From positions 1 through 38,184 of the forward strand of contig CAZQZA010000001.1 of assembly GCA_964597725.1 (NCBI GenBank): 38,184 nucleotides of DNA, given 5' to 3'. Both the position numbers and the translations under genes were made by a program. Shown one piece after another: positions 15,910 through 24,724 of this stretch (the first letter of the stretch is position 1; the number at the start of each line of letters is the position of its first letter). The notes beneath the pieces were generated by a model, which worked only from the letters and a program-made list of their open reading frames with translations, made no database searches and was not told where the DNA came from. The DNA is from an uncultured Dehalococcoidales bacterium (GTDB taxonomy: Bacteria > Chloroflexota > Dehalococcoidia > Dehalococcoidales > JAUVZE01).

Positions 15910-16785
15910 TCATACCAGGCCCTCATACCTCTTATCCCTAGCCTTTATGGCCTCCTTCACCCCCAGGTCTCGCCTCGCCCTCAGGAAGTTGAACTCATCC
16001 TCCTCAAACCTGACATTGGTCGCCATGGTGTGTCCCAGATAGCCCTGAGAAAAGCTGGAGTTGAGTCCCAACGTATCATAGGCCACCTGCGCCATTGCCT
16101 TGCCAATGGCAATGCCGTCCCTGGGCAGCAGCGTGACCACCCTGGCCATCTTCTTCGTCTCTTCCTCCAGCTTGTCCAGCGGCACTGCTTTATTCACTAT
16201 GCCCAGCCGCTCAGCCTCTTTACCATCAAAGGTTTTTCCAGTCAAGAGAAGCTCCCTGGTCTTTTTGGGCCCTATATGCATAATCTCTATCGGCAACACA
16301 TACATGACACCGGCAAAAACCAGCCTCTGCTCTAAATGACCAATCTTGGCATCCTCAGCAGCCAGGGCTAGGTCACAGCATAGCACCGTGTAAAGACCAC
16401 CGCCGATGCAGTGCCCGTGTACCTGGGCTATGGTTACCTTCGGACTGAGGTATATGCGACGAAGAGTGTCCGAGCGCCAGCGGTCATACTTCAGTCTTGC
16501 CCTCTGGCTGGGGCGCCTCGCCTTTTCTTCAGCCTTGCCGCTGCCGCCACCATATACATAGTAGACCCGCCCCAGGTCATAGCCTGAGGAAAAGCAGCGC
16601 CCGGCACCCTTAAATATCACCGCTTTAACGTCATCATCCTCCTCCGCCTGGGTAAGAGCAGCCAGGATATCTTCGGTCAATTCCACATCCATAGCGTTCA
16701 GCGTTTCCGGCTTATTCAGGGTAATAGTGGCTACAGCACCCTCTTCAAAGTTCTCCTTTTCATAGATAACCGTTTTGAACTCCAC
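15910..16785 (-). CDS. Crotonase-superfamily protein (enoyl-CoA hydratase/isomerase family) with an extended insertion
   Basis: 291 aa. ATITLNKPETLNAMD, FSSGYD and HCIGGG are crotonase segments. There are 44 residues between the SGxD segment and the second oxyanion segment, compared with 24 in the paralog at 23924-24685. Confidence 0.85.
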   Translation of the reverse strand: MEFKTVIYEKENFEEGAVATITLNKPETLNAMDVELTEDILAALTQAEEDDDVKAVIFKGAGRCFSSGYDLGRVYYVYGGGSGKAEEKARRPSQRARLKYDRWRSDTLRRIYLSPKVTIAQVHGHCIGGGLYTVLCCDLALAAEDAKIGHLEQRLVFAGVMYVLPIEIMHIGPKKTRELLLTGKTFDGKEAERLGIVNKAVPLDKLEEETKKMARVVTLLPRDGIAIGKAMAQVAYDTLGLNSSFSQGYLGHTMATNVRFEEDEFNFLRARRDLGVKEAIKARDKRYEGLV

Positions 16786-16833
16786 TTTCCATCTCCTTTA
16801 AATATGATCTCTCCTAGCGGCTAACCGCCAATG

Positions 16834-17289
16834 TTAAGAAGCTAAGCCCTCCAGCCTCTGTTGCAGGCGTTTGGTAAGCTCCTCCGTCAGCTTCTTGGCC
16901 TTGGCTCGCATTATCTTGTCCCCGAAGGTAGCCAGCCTGCCCACAATACTCACGTCCGAGGAATAGTCTATCTCCACCTCACCCGGGGAAATCTCCTTTA
17001 GCTCCACCGTTGTCTTATGTCTGAAGTGTCCGGCTTTTCCAACGTCATCACCCTCCCCGACAAATCTTATATGAGTCGGCGGCTCTATTTCGGTCAGGAC
17101 AGCCTTGAACTTAAATCTAACGGAAATGGGCCCTACCTTCTGCTTAACCACACAGTCATAGGTCTTATCGTCAATGCGTTCTATCTTCTCCGCACCGGGA
17201 ATACAGGAGAGCAGCGTCTGCGGGTCAAGTATTGAGTCCCACACCTTTTGGATGGGCGCCTTTAAGGTCAATTTCCCCTGTAGTAGCAT
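16834..17289 (-). CDS. CoxG-like SRPBCC protein
   Basis: 151 aa. The pattern L.G...L.API..VW..ILDP..L..CIPG.EKIE...D..Y......KVGPISV.F is typical of carbon monoxide dehydrogenase subunit G family proteins. It lies downstream of a Mo-hydroxylase set. Confidence 0.8.
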   Translation of the reverse strand: MLLQGKLTLKAPIQKVWDSILDPQTLLSCIPGAEKIERIDDKTYDCVVKQKVGPISVRFKFKAVLTEIEPPTHIRFVGEGDDVGKAGHFRHKTTVELKEISPGEVEIDYSSDVSIVGRLATFGDKIMRAKAKKLTEELTKRLQQRLEGLAS

Positions 17290-17322
17290 CTTATCTCCTT
17301 TTGCTCTTATATTTTTGCAATT

Positions 17323-19065
17323 CTATTCCTCAGCAATGCCTGGGTTTAATATCCTCATCAGAGCCAGCTCACGGGGGCTGGGAGGTTCAATTCTTTTGAG
17401 GCTGGGCTGCGCCTTAAGTTCCCAGCCGCAATCCTCCTTTATCTTGCTCACTATCTGGCTCTGGTCTGAGCTTGTATTGGCAAAATACCCGGTAAGCGTT
17501 AATTCATCATCACCGCTTATCTTCTCGAAAATTCCCTTATTAGAGACCACTGTCCTCACATTCCTTCCCGAACATGTTACATATGGCACTTTCTCCACAA
17601 AACGCCTCTTGGACTGAGCAGCGACCACCAGCATCTCCTCAGCAGTGGCGGCATCGTTGGCACCGCCCGAGCCGGTCAGGTAGAAGGTGTCCGATAGCTT
17701 GGTGGAGTTAAGGTTGCCGTATTTATCGAGCTGTCCTGCTCCTACCACTGAAAGACAGCGATTATGTGCAAATACACCATAGGCGTGTACCACATCCGTT
17801 ATCATCTTGCAGGTCCTCAAGTTGGTCAGGCTGGTAAGCTGCGGGTCGGCAGGGCGAGGTGACCATCCGAAAAGACCGGAGCCTATCATCAACTCCACCT
17901 CCACTCCAGCCTTCTTTAATTCATAGAAAGCAAGCCAAGCTGCAAACCCAGCCGTTCCCACTCCGCTCAAAATGACCTTGTACCCGTTCTCTAGAACCTT
18001 CTGCTTTATCACCCTTGATGCTGCAGCAATCATCGTTTCCGCTGCGCTATAATTGGATGCTTTCACCGTCTCTTCAGGCACCGCTAGCAGCTTATGTTCC
18101 CAGTCCACTCGGCTCTGCCCCTTAAGAAGAGAAAGACGCTCAGGGCCAAGCTTTCTGAGGTAATCCTCGTTGGTGGGACAGCCCACAATCCATTCCTTGA
18201 GCCAGCCATCCAGAGTCTCCACCTCCTTGGTTGCCTTTCGGTGCTCCTCCATAAACTCAATGTCTGCATCATAGCCAGCTATCTCTTGAGTAACATTGAA
18301 CAAGGCCTGGGGATGAGAGCCGAATGGGGCTAGGGACACAGACTTTACAAAGTAACCTGGTATGGTGACCAGGGATGAATGCTTCCGGATGAATTCGGTG
18401 GATACCAATTTCTCCACACTGGCTATGACCCCGTTCCTGCTGGCAAATGCCCCCCACTCCCCTTCGCCCGACAGGATGGCCGGGGAGGTTATGATGTTGC
18501 CACTCCTGTCCGCCGCCAATCCATGAACGATGGCCATGTCTGGGTAAAGAGCCTTTGCCAGCCCTATCCTCTCGCCACTGCCAAAGGGGTCATCCATTTC
18601 AATGAAGGAATCCGCATTCTCCTCCGCCATGCTGCTGTGCATAATTGACCTAGTGGGGAGGAAGTCAATTTTGAGGGCTGCGGCCATAAGCCGCAAGGGC
18701 AGGGAATAGAGAGACCAGTTTTCTATCTCCAGAGCCTTCTGCTCATAGGCTCTTTGAATGACCAGGCTCCGCCCCTGTGTTGGGCTTTCCGAGCAGCGGG
18801 AGGTCACGAGCTTAGTTACCAGCCCGCGGTGGACGAGGTCCAGAGCCGTATCCCTAGCCCCTACCATGATAAGTGTGAGCCCGGGCTTGTCTCCCCAGAA
18901 CTGTCTGATAATCTCGCGTATGGGCGCATAAGAGCCTTCACGTATGTAAAGGGCCATGCCAGGCTTCACATACTGGTGTATGGCCTCACTTAGTTCAACT
19001 ACTTTGTCTATACCTTCGTCAGCTGCCAGTTCTATACTGGAAAGGTCACCAAACTTATTCACCAT
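17323..19065 (-). CDS. Fused GctA-GctB-like family-I CoA-transferase-fold protein lacking the catalytic Glu
   Basis: 580 aa. The N-half resembles glutaconate CoA-transferase subunit A (LAPFGSHPQ...WLKEW...EDYLRKLG). The C-half resembles subunit B (GAGQLDKYGNLNST, TGSGGANDAA, SKRRFVEKVPYVTCSG). The signature position for Glu reads LMIGSGLFG; the Gly395 codon is at 17881-17883. Confidence 0.75.
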   Translation of the reverse strand: MVNKFGDLSSIELAADEGIDKVVELSEAIHQYVKPGMALYIREGSYAPIREIIRQFWGDKPGLTLIMVGARDTALDLVHRGLVTKLVTSRCSESPTQGRSLVIQRAYEQKALEIENWSLYSLPLRLMAAALKIDFLPTRSIMHSSMAEENADSFIEMDDPFGSGERIGLAKALYPDMAIVHGLAADRSGNIITSPAILSGEGEWGAFASRNGVIASVEKLVSTEFIRKHSSLVTIPGYFVKSVSLAPFGSHPQALFNVTQEIAGYDADIEFMEEHRKATKEVETLDGWLKEWIVGCPTNEDYLRKLGPERLSLLKGQSRVDWEHKLLAVPEETVKASNYSAAETMIAAASRVIKQKVLENGYKVILSGVGTAGFAAWLAFYELKKAGVEVELMIGSGLFGWSPRPADPQLTSLTNLRTCKMITDVVHAYGVFAHNRCLSVVGAGQLDKYGNLNSTKLSDTFYLTGSGGANDAATAEEMLVVAAQSKRRFVEKVPYVTCSGRNVRTVVSNKGIFEKISGDDELTLTGYFANTSSDQSQIVSKIKEDCGWELKAQPSLKRIEPPSPRELALMRILNPGIAEE

Positions 19066-19110
19066 TCACGACTCCCTCAGTTTTCTAGCATGCCAGCTGT
19101 GCTCTACCCT

Positions 19111-21486
19111 TCAGAACCTTTCTGCCAGCCCAGTTTCCTCGAGCGCCCGCATAATATTCTCCCTGGTGATGGGTATATCACGGAACCTGATGCCCAAGGC
19201 ATTATGGATTGCACTGGCTATGGCGGGAGCGGAGGGGGTAAGTACGCCCTCGCCTAAGCCCTTTGCCCCAAATGGGCCCTCCCGGTGCGGCGCCGGGGCG
19301 AAGTCAAACCTCGCATTGTCTATCAGAGGGTGCTCCATTATAGTGGGGATCTTATAGGAGACGAAGGTGGGGTTCATCACTATACCATCCTCCAACACCG
19401 TTTCCTCATAGAGGGTACTGCCTATGCCCATGCTCATCCCACCCTCCATCTGCTGCTCACACATCTTGGGATTGATGGGACGCCCCATATCAAAGACCCC
19501 AACGAACGTGACGATTTTTACCTCCCCGGTCTCTGTATTTACAGCCAGCTCTACGGCATGGGCACCATAGCAGAAATAGGCTACCACCCGCTCACCCTGT
19601 CCTGTTTCCATGTCCTCAGGGGTTATGGGACAGGAAAAGGTAGCCCGGCCTACTATCTCCGCCCCCTTCCCTACATAGCCACCGGAGCGGAAGAGCTCAG
19701 GCACATTGACGATAGCATCGGGTTTCCCTCTCTGATATATCCTGTTACCCTTCACCTCCAGTTCCTCTGCGGGCACCCCCAGCCTTTCAGATGCCAGTTC
19801 AGCGATTTGCCTTTTGGCATCCTGGCAGGCCATGAGGACTGCATTGCCGATGTAAAAGGTGAGCCGGCTGGAGGCAGTACCCCAGTCATACGGGGTGATG
19901 TCCGTATCGCCGCGGGTGATTTTGACCATATCCACTGGGAGTCCCATTTCCTCAGCAGCTATCTGGGCGGCAACAGTGTCACACCCCTGACCTATCTCAC
20001 TGCCGCTATGGAACACATTGACAGCACCATCTTCCCTCACCTTCACCAGGGCACAGGAATCAGTCCCGGCGATGGTGTATTTGTTGCCCAGGGCTATCCC
20101 CTTCCCCTTCTTCCACGGGCCCGGCTCTTGCTCAGGCTTCTCATCCCATCTGATGAGTGAGGCCGCCTTGTCCAGGCATTCCTCAGCACCCACACTGTGT
20201 GCTATCTCTCCCTGCACATTTCTCTCGCCTTCATGGAGCACATTCTTTCTCCTCACCTCCGCCCGATCCATACCCAGCCTCTCAGCTATCTCATCCATCT
20301 GGCCCTCTACAGCCCAATTTGACTGAGAGCTACCTAGACCACGGAAGGAAGAGTTTGGCGGCCGATTGGTGTAGACGCCATAGGAGTCCAGCTTGAAGTT
20401 GGATATCCGATAAGTGCCCACCGCTCCAAAAGAGGCATTCTTGGTTATAAGGCCGGTGTAGGCAGAATAGGCCCCGGCATCAAGAATCATTTTTATTTCT
20501 CTAGCTACTATGGTACCGTTTTTTTTGACACCATCCCTAACGTAAACTACGAAGGGTATCCTGGCGGGAGAATCTATAAACACTTCCTCACGGTTCAATA
20601 CCAGCTTCACCGGTCTTCCCGGAGTCTGCATCGCTACCAGAGAGGTCAGCGCCTCCTGCATCCAGGTAAGCCCGCCAAAACCACCACCCACATATGGGGT
20701 GATGAATCTCACCTTGGAGGGGGGTAATCCAAAGATATCGATGATGGTAGCCCTCTGCCTCCAAGCAGTCTGGGACTTGCTCCAGATAGTGAGGGTATCA
20801 CCCAGGTCAAACAGGGCTATAACCGTTGGTGGTTCAATGTAGCAGTGCTGTATTCGGGCAGTAGTGTATTTGTTCTCCACTACCAAATCAGCTTCCTTGA
20901 AGCCCTGGTCGGTATCCCCACACCGAATTTTGTAATGGTTTATCACATTGGGCATATCGGGCTCAAGGCGGGGGCGGAGAAAGCCCGTTAGGGTAGTGTG
21001 GTACCTAGACAAGTCTGGGTGAACGATGACCAACGGCTCCTTGCTCATAGCCAGCTCAGAGTCAAATATAGCTGGTAACTCCTCATACTCCACATCGATG
21101 GCGTCAACTGCTTCCTCAGCAGCCTCTATGGTGGTAGCGGATACCGCTGCCACTGGCTCACCAACAAACCGAACCACCTCTTGTGCCAAGAGTGGCCGGT
21201 CGGCCAAGAAAACCCCCCAGCGCCTTGATGGGGCATCCTCGCCAGTTACTACCGCCTGAACACCGGGCACCTTCCAGGCGGCTGAGGTATCTATATTTAC
21301 AATCTTGGCATGAGGATAGGGGCTGCGCAGAATTTTCATATGGAGCATGTTGGGCATTTCTATGTCACCGGTATATATCGCTTTACCGGTTGCCTTTTCC
21401 AAGGCATCCACCCTGGTAACGCTTGTGCTCACCACAGAAAACGGCGCTTCAAGCTCTTTGCTCTCTACCGAAACCTTCATTGTCAT
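19111..21486 (-). CDS. Xanthine dehydrogenase/aldehyde oxidase-family molybdopterin-binding large subunit (set 1)
   Basis: 791 aa. It has the N-terminal a/b-hammerhead (KATGKAIYTGDI), YVGGGFGG, and a C-terminal PFGAKGLGEGVL containing the family Glu. Confidence 0.9.
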   Translation of the reverse strand: MTMKVSVESKELEAPFSVVSTSVTRVDALEKATGKAIYTGDIEMPNMLHMKILRSPYPHAKIVNIDTSAAWKVPGVQAVVTGEDAPSRRWGVFLADRPLLAQEVVRFVGEPVAAVSATTIEAAEEAVDAIDVEYEELPAIFDSELAMSKEPLVIVHPDLSRYHTTLTGFLRPRLEPDMPNVINHYKIRCGDTDQGFKEADLVVENKYTTARIQHCYIEPPTVIALFDLGDTLTIWSKSQTAWRQRATIIDIFGLPPSKVRFITPYVGGGFGGLTWMQEALTSLVAMQTPGRPVKLVLNREEVFIDSPARIPFVVYVRDGVKKNGTIVAREIKMILDAGAYSAYTGLITKNASFGAVGTYRISNFKLDSYGVYTNRPPNSSFRGLGSSQSNWAVEGQMDEIAERLGMDRAEVRRKNVLHEGERNVQGEIAHSVGAEECLDKAASLIRWDEKPEQEPGPWKKGKGIALGNKYTIAGTDSCALVKVREDGAVNVFHSGSEIGQGCDTVAAQIAAEEMGLPVDMVKITRGDTDITPYDWGTASSRLTFYIGNAVLMACQDAKRQIAELASERLGVPAEELEVKGNRIYQRGKPDAIVNVPELFRSGGYVGKGAEIVGRATFSCPITPEDMETGQGERVVAYFCYGAHAVELAVNTETGEVKIVTFVGVFDMGRPINPKMCEQQMEGGMSMGIGSTLYEETVLEDGIVMNPTFVSYKIPTIMEHPLIDNARFDFAPAPHREGPFGAKGLGEGVLTPSAPAIASAIHNALGIRFRDIPITRENIMRALEETGLAERF

Positions 21487-21953
21487 ACTTTCTTCCCCTT
21501 ACTGTAGGCCAGGACAGTCTTCACTATTTTCTTGTATCCGGTGCAGCGACACAGGTTGCCACGCAATCCTTCTCGGACCTGTTCCTCAGTAGGGTTGGAA
21601 TTTTCATCTACCAGAGCTTTGGCGGCGAGTATCATCCCTGCTGTGCAGTAACCACACTGGATGGCAAAGTGGTCGATGAAGGCCTGCTGAAGAGGATGAA
21701 GCGCGCTATCCTTGCTCAGCCCCTCTATGGTAAGTATATCTCTGCCTTCTGTCTGGAGCGCCAACACCAGGCAGCTCTTTACCGCTCTACCATCAATGAG
21801 AACAGTACAGCTACCACAAAAACCGCTGTTGCAACCAGACTTGACCCCTTTGAGCTTTAATTCGTCCCGCAAAACCTCCTGCAGTGTCCTCCAAGCATCC
21901 ACAAATATGGTTACCTTCTCCCCGTTGACTGTGAACTCCAAACGCTGCTTCAT
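21483..21953 (-). CDS. [2Fe-2S]-binding small subunit of the Mo hydroxylase (set 1)
   Basis: 156 aa. It contains GCNSGFCGSCTV, QCGYCTAGM and LCRCTGY. It overlaps the large-subunit start by 4 nt. Confidence 0.9.
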   Translation of the reverse strand: MKQRLEFTVNGEKVTIFVDAWRTLQEVLRDELKLKGVKSGCNSGFCGSCTVLIDGRAVKSCLVLALQTEGRDILTIEGLSKDSALHPLQQAFIDHFAIQCGYCTAGMILAAKALVDENSNPTEEQVREGLRGNLCRCTGYKKIVKTVLAYSKGKKV

Positions 21954-22828
21954 CTGGACCTACCTCCTTGAGCTAAGGCACGTTCTACTGCACGAGAGAC
22001 TATCTCCTTGGTAAGCACATAGACTATCCGTTTCTTATATTCTGCTGACCCTTCCAGGTCGCTTGAAGGGTCAGCCTCTTCCGCAGCCGCTCTGGCTGCT
22101 TCGCCGAGGGGAAGGGCACCAAGGCTAGCTCCAGATAGTAACTTGCTGGCTTTCTCAGCCTTGATGGGTGTCGGACCTACTCCACCCAGTATGATACGAG
22201 TCTCTCTCACCTTCTCCTTCTCCAGTCTCACCATGGCCGCCACTGCACCAATGGGGTTATCCCCAGCCCTAATAGTCTCCTTGCGATATGCTGCCCCACT
22301 TGAATCAGGTGGATTGGGGATTTGCACCTCCACCAGAAGCTCGTCTGGTTCAAGCACGGTAGTAAGATAATCCTCAAAGAAGTCTTCAAGGTGTATCACC
22401 CTTTTCCCCCTTTGGCTCACCGCCTTGACCTTGGCACCCAAAGCAATGAGTGGAGGTGCCGGGTCACCCCCAGGGTCAGCATGTACTAGGTTGCCGACCA
22501 GTGTCCCCCAGTTCTTAATCTGCGCCTGAGCCAGCCAGCGCTCCATCTCCATCAGCACCGGGAAGTGCTTCCTTATTAATGGTGATGTCTCAACATCCCT
22601 ATGAGTTGCCAGAGCCCCTATCCGTATCCCTTCTCCATTCCCAACGATGTAATCCAATTCAGAGACATACTTAAGGTCGATGATATAATCTGGCGCCATA
22701 ATTCGCTGTTTGAGCATAGGGATGAGGCTCTGTCCGCCGGCTATTAATTTAGCCCCTTCTCCATGCTCCGTAAGCATACAACACACTTCCTCTACGCTGG
22801 TGGGGCGCAAATATGCAAAGGGCCTCAT
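21950..22828 (-). CDS. FAD-binding medium subunit of the Mo hydroxylase (CoxM-like, set 1)
   Basis: About 292 aa from the ATG at 22828 (AAGGAGG 6 nt upstream; the track starts at a GTG at 22831). It has the LIAGGQSLIPMLK FAD-binding motif. It contains only 2 Cys and has no Fe-S insertion loop. Confidence 0.85.
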   Translation of the reverse strand: MRPFAYLRPTSVEEVCCMLTEHGEGAKLIAGGQSLIPMLKQRIMAPDYIIDLKYVSELDYIVGNGEGIRIGALATHRDVETSPLIRKHFPVLMEMERWLAQAQIKNWGTLVGNLVHADPGGDPAPPLIALGAKVKAVSQRGKRVIHLEDFFEDYLTTVLEPDELLVEVQIPNPPDSSGAAYRKETIRAGDNPIGAVAAMVRLEKEKVRETRIILGGVGPTPIKAEKASKLLSGASLGALPLGEAARAAAEEADPSSDLEGSAEYKKRIVYVLTKEIVSRAVERALAQGGRSR

Positions 22829-23008
22829 CACAAACCTCCTTTTTCCTAGCTACGATACATTATAGCCTGTACAAGATGAAGAAGCTACGCTCATCAATGA
22901 CCTCTGTCTTTTCACATCCGGGAATGCAGTTACCTAGATTCTCCAGATTGACTATAAAATCCTATGATTTCTGAAGTGGTGCATTAACCGTAAATTTATC
23001 CTGAATAA

Positions 23009-23905
23009 TCACAGCTTTCCCCTTGATTTCAGGATTTGCTCGAGTTCCTTTATCACAATATCTATCCTGTCCCACTCATCGATAGGTGAACGTCGCCGTA
23101 GATTCTCCAACAACTCAAAATTTAGAGATGCTGAGACAATTCCCTCTTCTGGACCACCCTCAGCGTAAATCTGGGACATCTTCCACCCCCTGCCAGCGAT
23201 AGTGCTGTGCCCATAGAAGGATTTTGTCCTTTCTTTCCCGGTTAAATTAGCACTGGCGGTATAGACTATATTCTCCGTCCCCCGGGCGCAGGTCTGGTGG
23301 ACAATAAAGTCATCCTTACCCGCTCCAGCAGGACTGGCAGCAGCGTTAAGGATGATTCTAGCTCCCTTCAGCATGAGCACTCTTGACAGCATGGGAAATG
23401 TCCAAAAATCATAGCATATCTGGACGCCGATGGTTCCCAAGTTGGTCTCAAAAACGGGAAGGCTGTCTCCAGGCGTGAAACATTGTGTCTCGGTTAGTGG
23501 TAATGCCATAAGGTGAATTTTACGATAGGCTCCAAGTATCCCTTCGGGGCCGATAACCGCTGCCGAAATATGCCTTATTTCCGGGTTCTCCGGGTTTTTC
23601 TCTGGCATCCCAAAAACCACATATATCCCTGTTTCCTTAGCAGTCTTGGCAATCTCCTCAGTGGAAGGACCAGGGATGGTCTCTGCCAGCTCACGGTGCA
23701 TGTAACAGCCGCCTTCGGCGATATCCTCACTGCACTCATAGCCACTGAGGGCTAGTTCAGGGAAAAGCACTATGTCATTGCCCTGCTCAGCCGCTTGCTC
23801 AGTAAATCTCTTTATTTTTTTGAGATTGGCTTCCTTATCTCCCCATACCGTGGCAAAATTAACACAAGCTATGGAGACAACCTTTGGGTGTTCTTTTTGG
23901 GCCAA
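23009..23905 (-). CDS. Carbon-nitrogen hydrolase (nitrilase superfamily; amidase/N-carbamoylase-like)
   Basis: 298 aa with a TTG start and a GGAGGGA RBS. The Glu-Lys-Cys triad contexts are FPELALSGY, YRKIHL and VQICYDFWTFP. Confidence 0.85.
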   Translation of the reverse strand: MAQKEHPKVVSIACVNFATVWGDKEANLKKIKRFTEQAAEQGNDIVLFPELALSGYECSEDIAEGGCYMHRELAETIPGPSTEEIAKTAKETGIYVVFGMPEKNPENPEIRHISAAVIGPEGILGAYRKIHLMALPLTETQCFTPGDSLPVFETNLGTIGVQICYDFWTFPMLSRVLMLKGARIILNAAASPAGAGKDDFIVHQTCARGTENIVYTASANLTGKERTKSFYGHSTIAGRGWKMSQIYAEGGPEEGIVSASLNFELLENLRRRSPIDEWDRIDIVIKELEQILKSRGKL

Positions 23906-23923
23906 TTTAACTCCCTCCTATGA

Positions 23924-24685
23924 TTATTTACCGGTAAACTCAGGTACTCTCTTCTTTTTAAAAGCAGCTATTCCCACCTTATGGTCCGCTGTCTCTCGGC
24001 ATATAGTTTGGGCCTGGTATTCGAGCGCTAGCACCGTAGCAATATCCGAATTCTGTGTAACGTTCAGAATCCTTTTTATCATCGCCATTGGCTTCGGCGC
24101 CCCTTTTGCCAGCCGCTTGGAATATTCCTTAACGAAATCTTGAAATTCCTCATCGGGGACCACTTTGTTCACCATCCCTATTCTCTCTGCTTCCACTGCC
24201 GATATTCGGTCTCCGGTAAGCATAAGCTCTTTTGCCTTGTAGATTCCCACTAACCTGGGCAAAAAATACATTCCTCCCCAGTCCGGAACAAGCCCTATTT
24301 TGACAAAGCTCTGAATAAAACTCGCCTTCTCCGAAGCAATAACAATATCTGCGGCCATTGCCAGGTTGCAGCCAGCACCAGCGGCGACACCATTAACCGC
24401 AGATATTACCGGTTTCTCCAGATTCATAATCTTAAGGACTATTGGATGAGACTTTATCATTCTTTCAGACTTGCCCATACTTCTCATATCACCACCAGAG
24501 CAAAAGGCTCTTCCCTTTCCAGTGATGGTTAGCACTCTGATATCAGCATCCGCCTCTATATCATCCAAAGCAGCTAGAAGCTCCCGCCTCATTGTATTGT
24601 CTATGGCATTAAGTACATCGGGCCTGTTTAGATATAGGGTAGCAACCTTTTTTTCTTTTTCTAAAATTACGGTTTCAAATGGCAT
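23924..24685 (-). CDS. Enoyl-CoA hydratase/isomerase-family protein
   Basis: 253 aa. VATLYLNRPDVLNA, FCSGGD and AAGAGCNLAMAADI are canonical crotonase segments. Confidence 0.85.
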   Translation of the reverse strand: MPFETVILEKEKKVATLYLNRPDVLNAIDNTMRRELLAALDDIEADADIRVLTITGKGRAFCSGGDMRSMGKSERMIKSHPIVLKIMNLEKPVISAVNGVAAGAGCNLAMAADIVIASEKASFIQSFVKIGLVPDWGGMYFLPRLVGIYKAKELMLTGDRISAVEAERIGMVNKVVPDEEFQDFVKEYSKRLAKGAPKPMAMIKRILNVTQNSDIATVLALEYQAQTICRETADHKVGIAAFKKKRVPEFTGK

Positions 24686-24724
24686 CGAAAAGCCTCACCT
24701 CCCTCCGCTTTATTTTTGACGGTG

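Noticed and set aside
19285-20160. Long plus-strand ORFs lying inside minus-strand genes. Examples: 19285-20160 (291 aa), 15835-16335, 14186-14740, 14747-15277, 12593-13063, 9823-10278, 3116-3625.
   Set aside because: They lie antisense to ORFs with clear family motifs and have low-complexity, Ser/Pro/Arg/Gly-rich translations with no recognisable domains or RBS. They are typical shadow ORFs of moderately GC-rich coding DNA.
21950-22831. Identity of either Mo enzyme as 4-hydroxybenzoyl-CoA reductase (also considered for the medium subunit at 30406-31299).
   Set aside because: The 4-HBCR medium subunit carries an extra Cys-rich [4Fe-4S] insertion loop. Both medium subunits here are short (about 292 and 297 aa), contain only 2 and 3 Cys, and have no such loop.
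22848-22864. TATAAT hexamer plus a TATCGTA half-motif upstream of the set-1 Mo-hydroxylase genes, considered as an internal promoter/operator.
   Set aside because: There is no acceptable -35 box at 16-18 nt (best is TAGCTT), and only 9/14 positions match the shared motif. This is too weak to call, though an internal promoter is plausible given the 180-nt gap.
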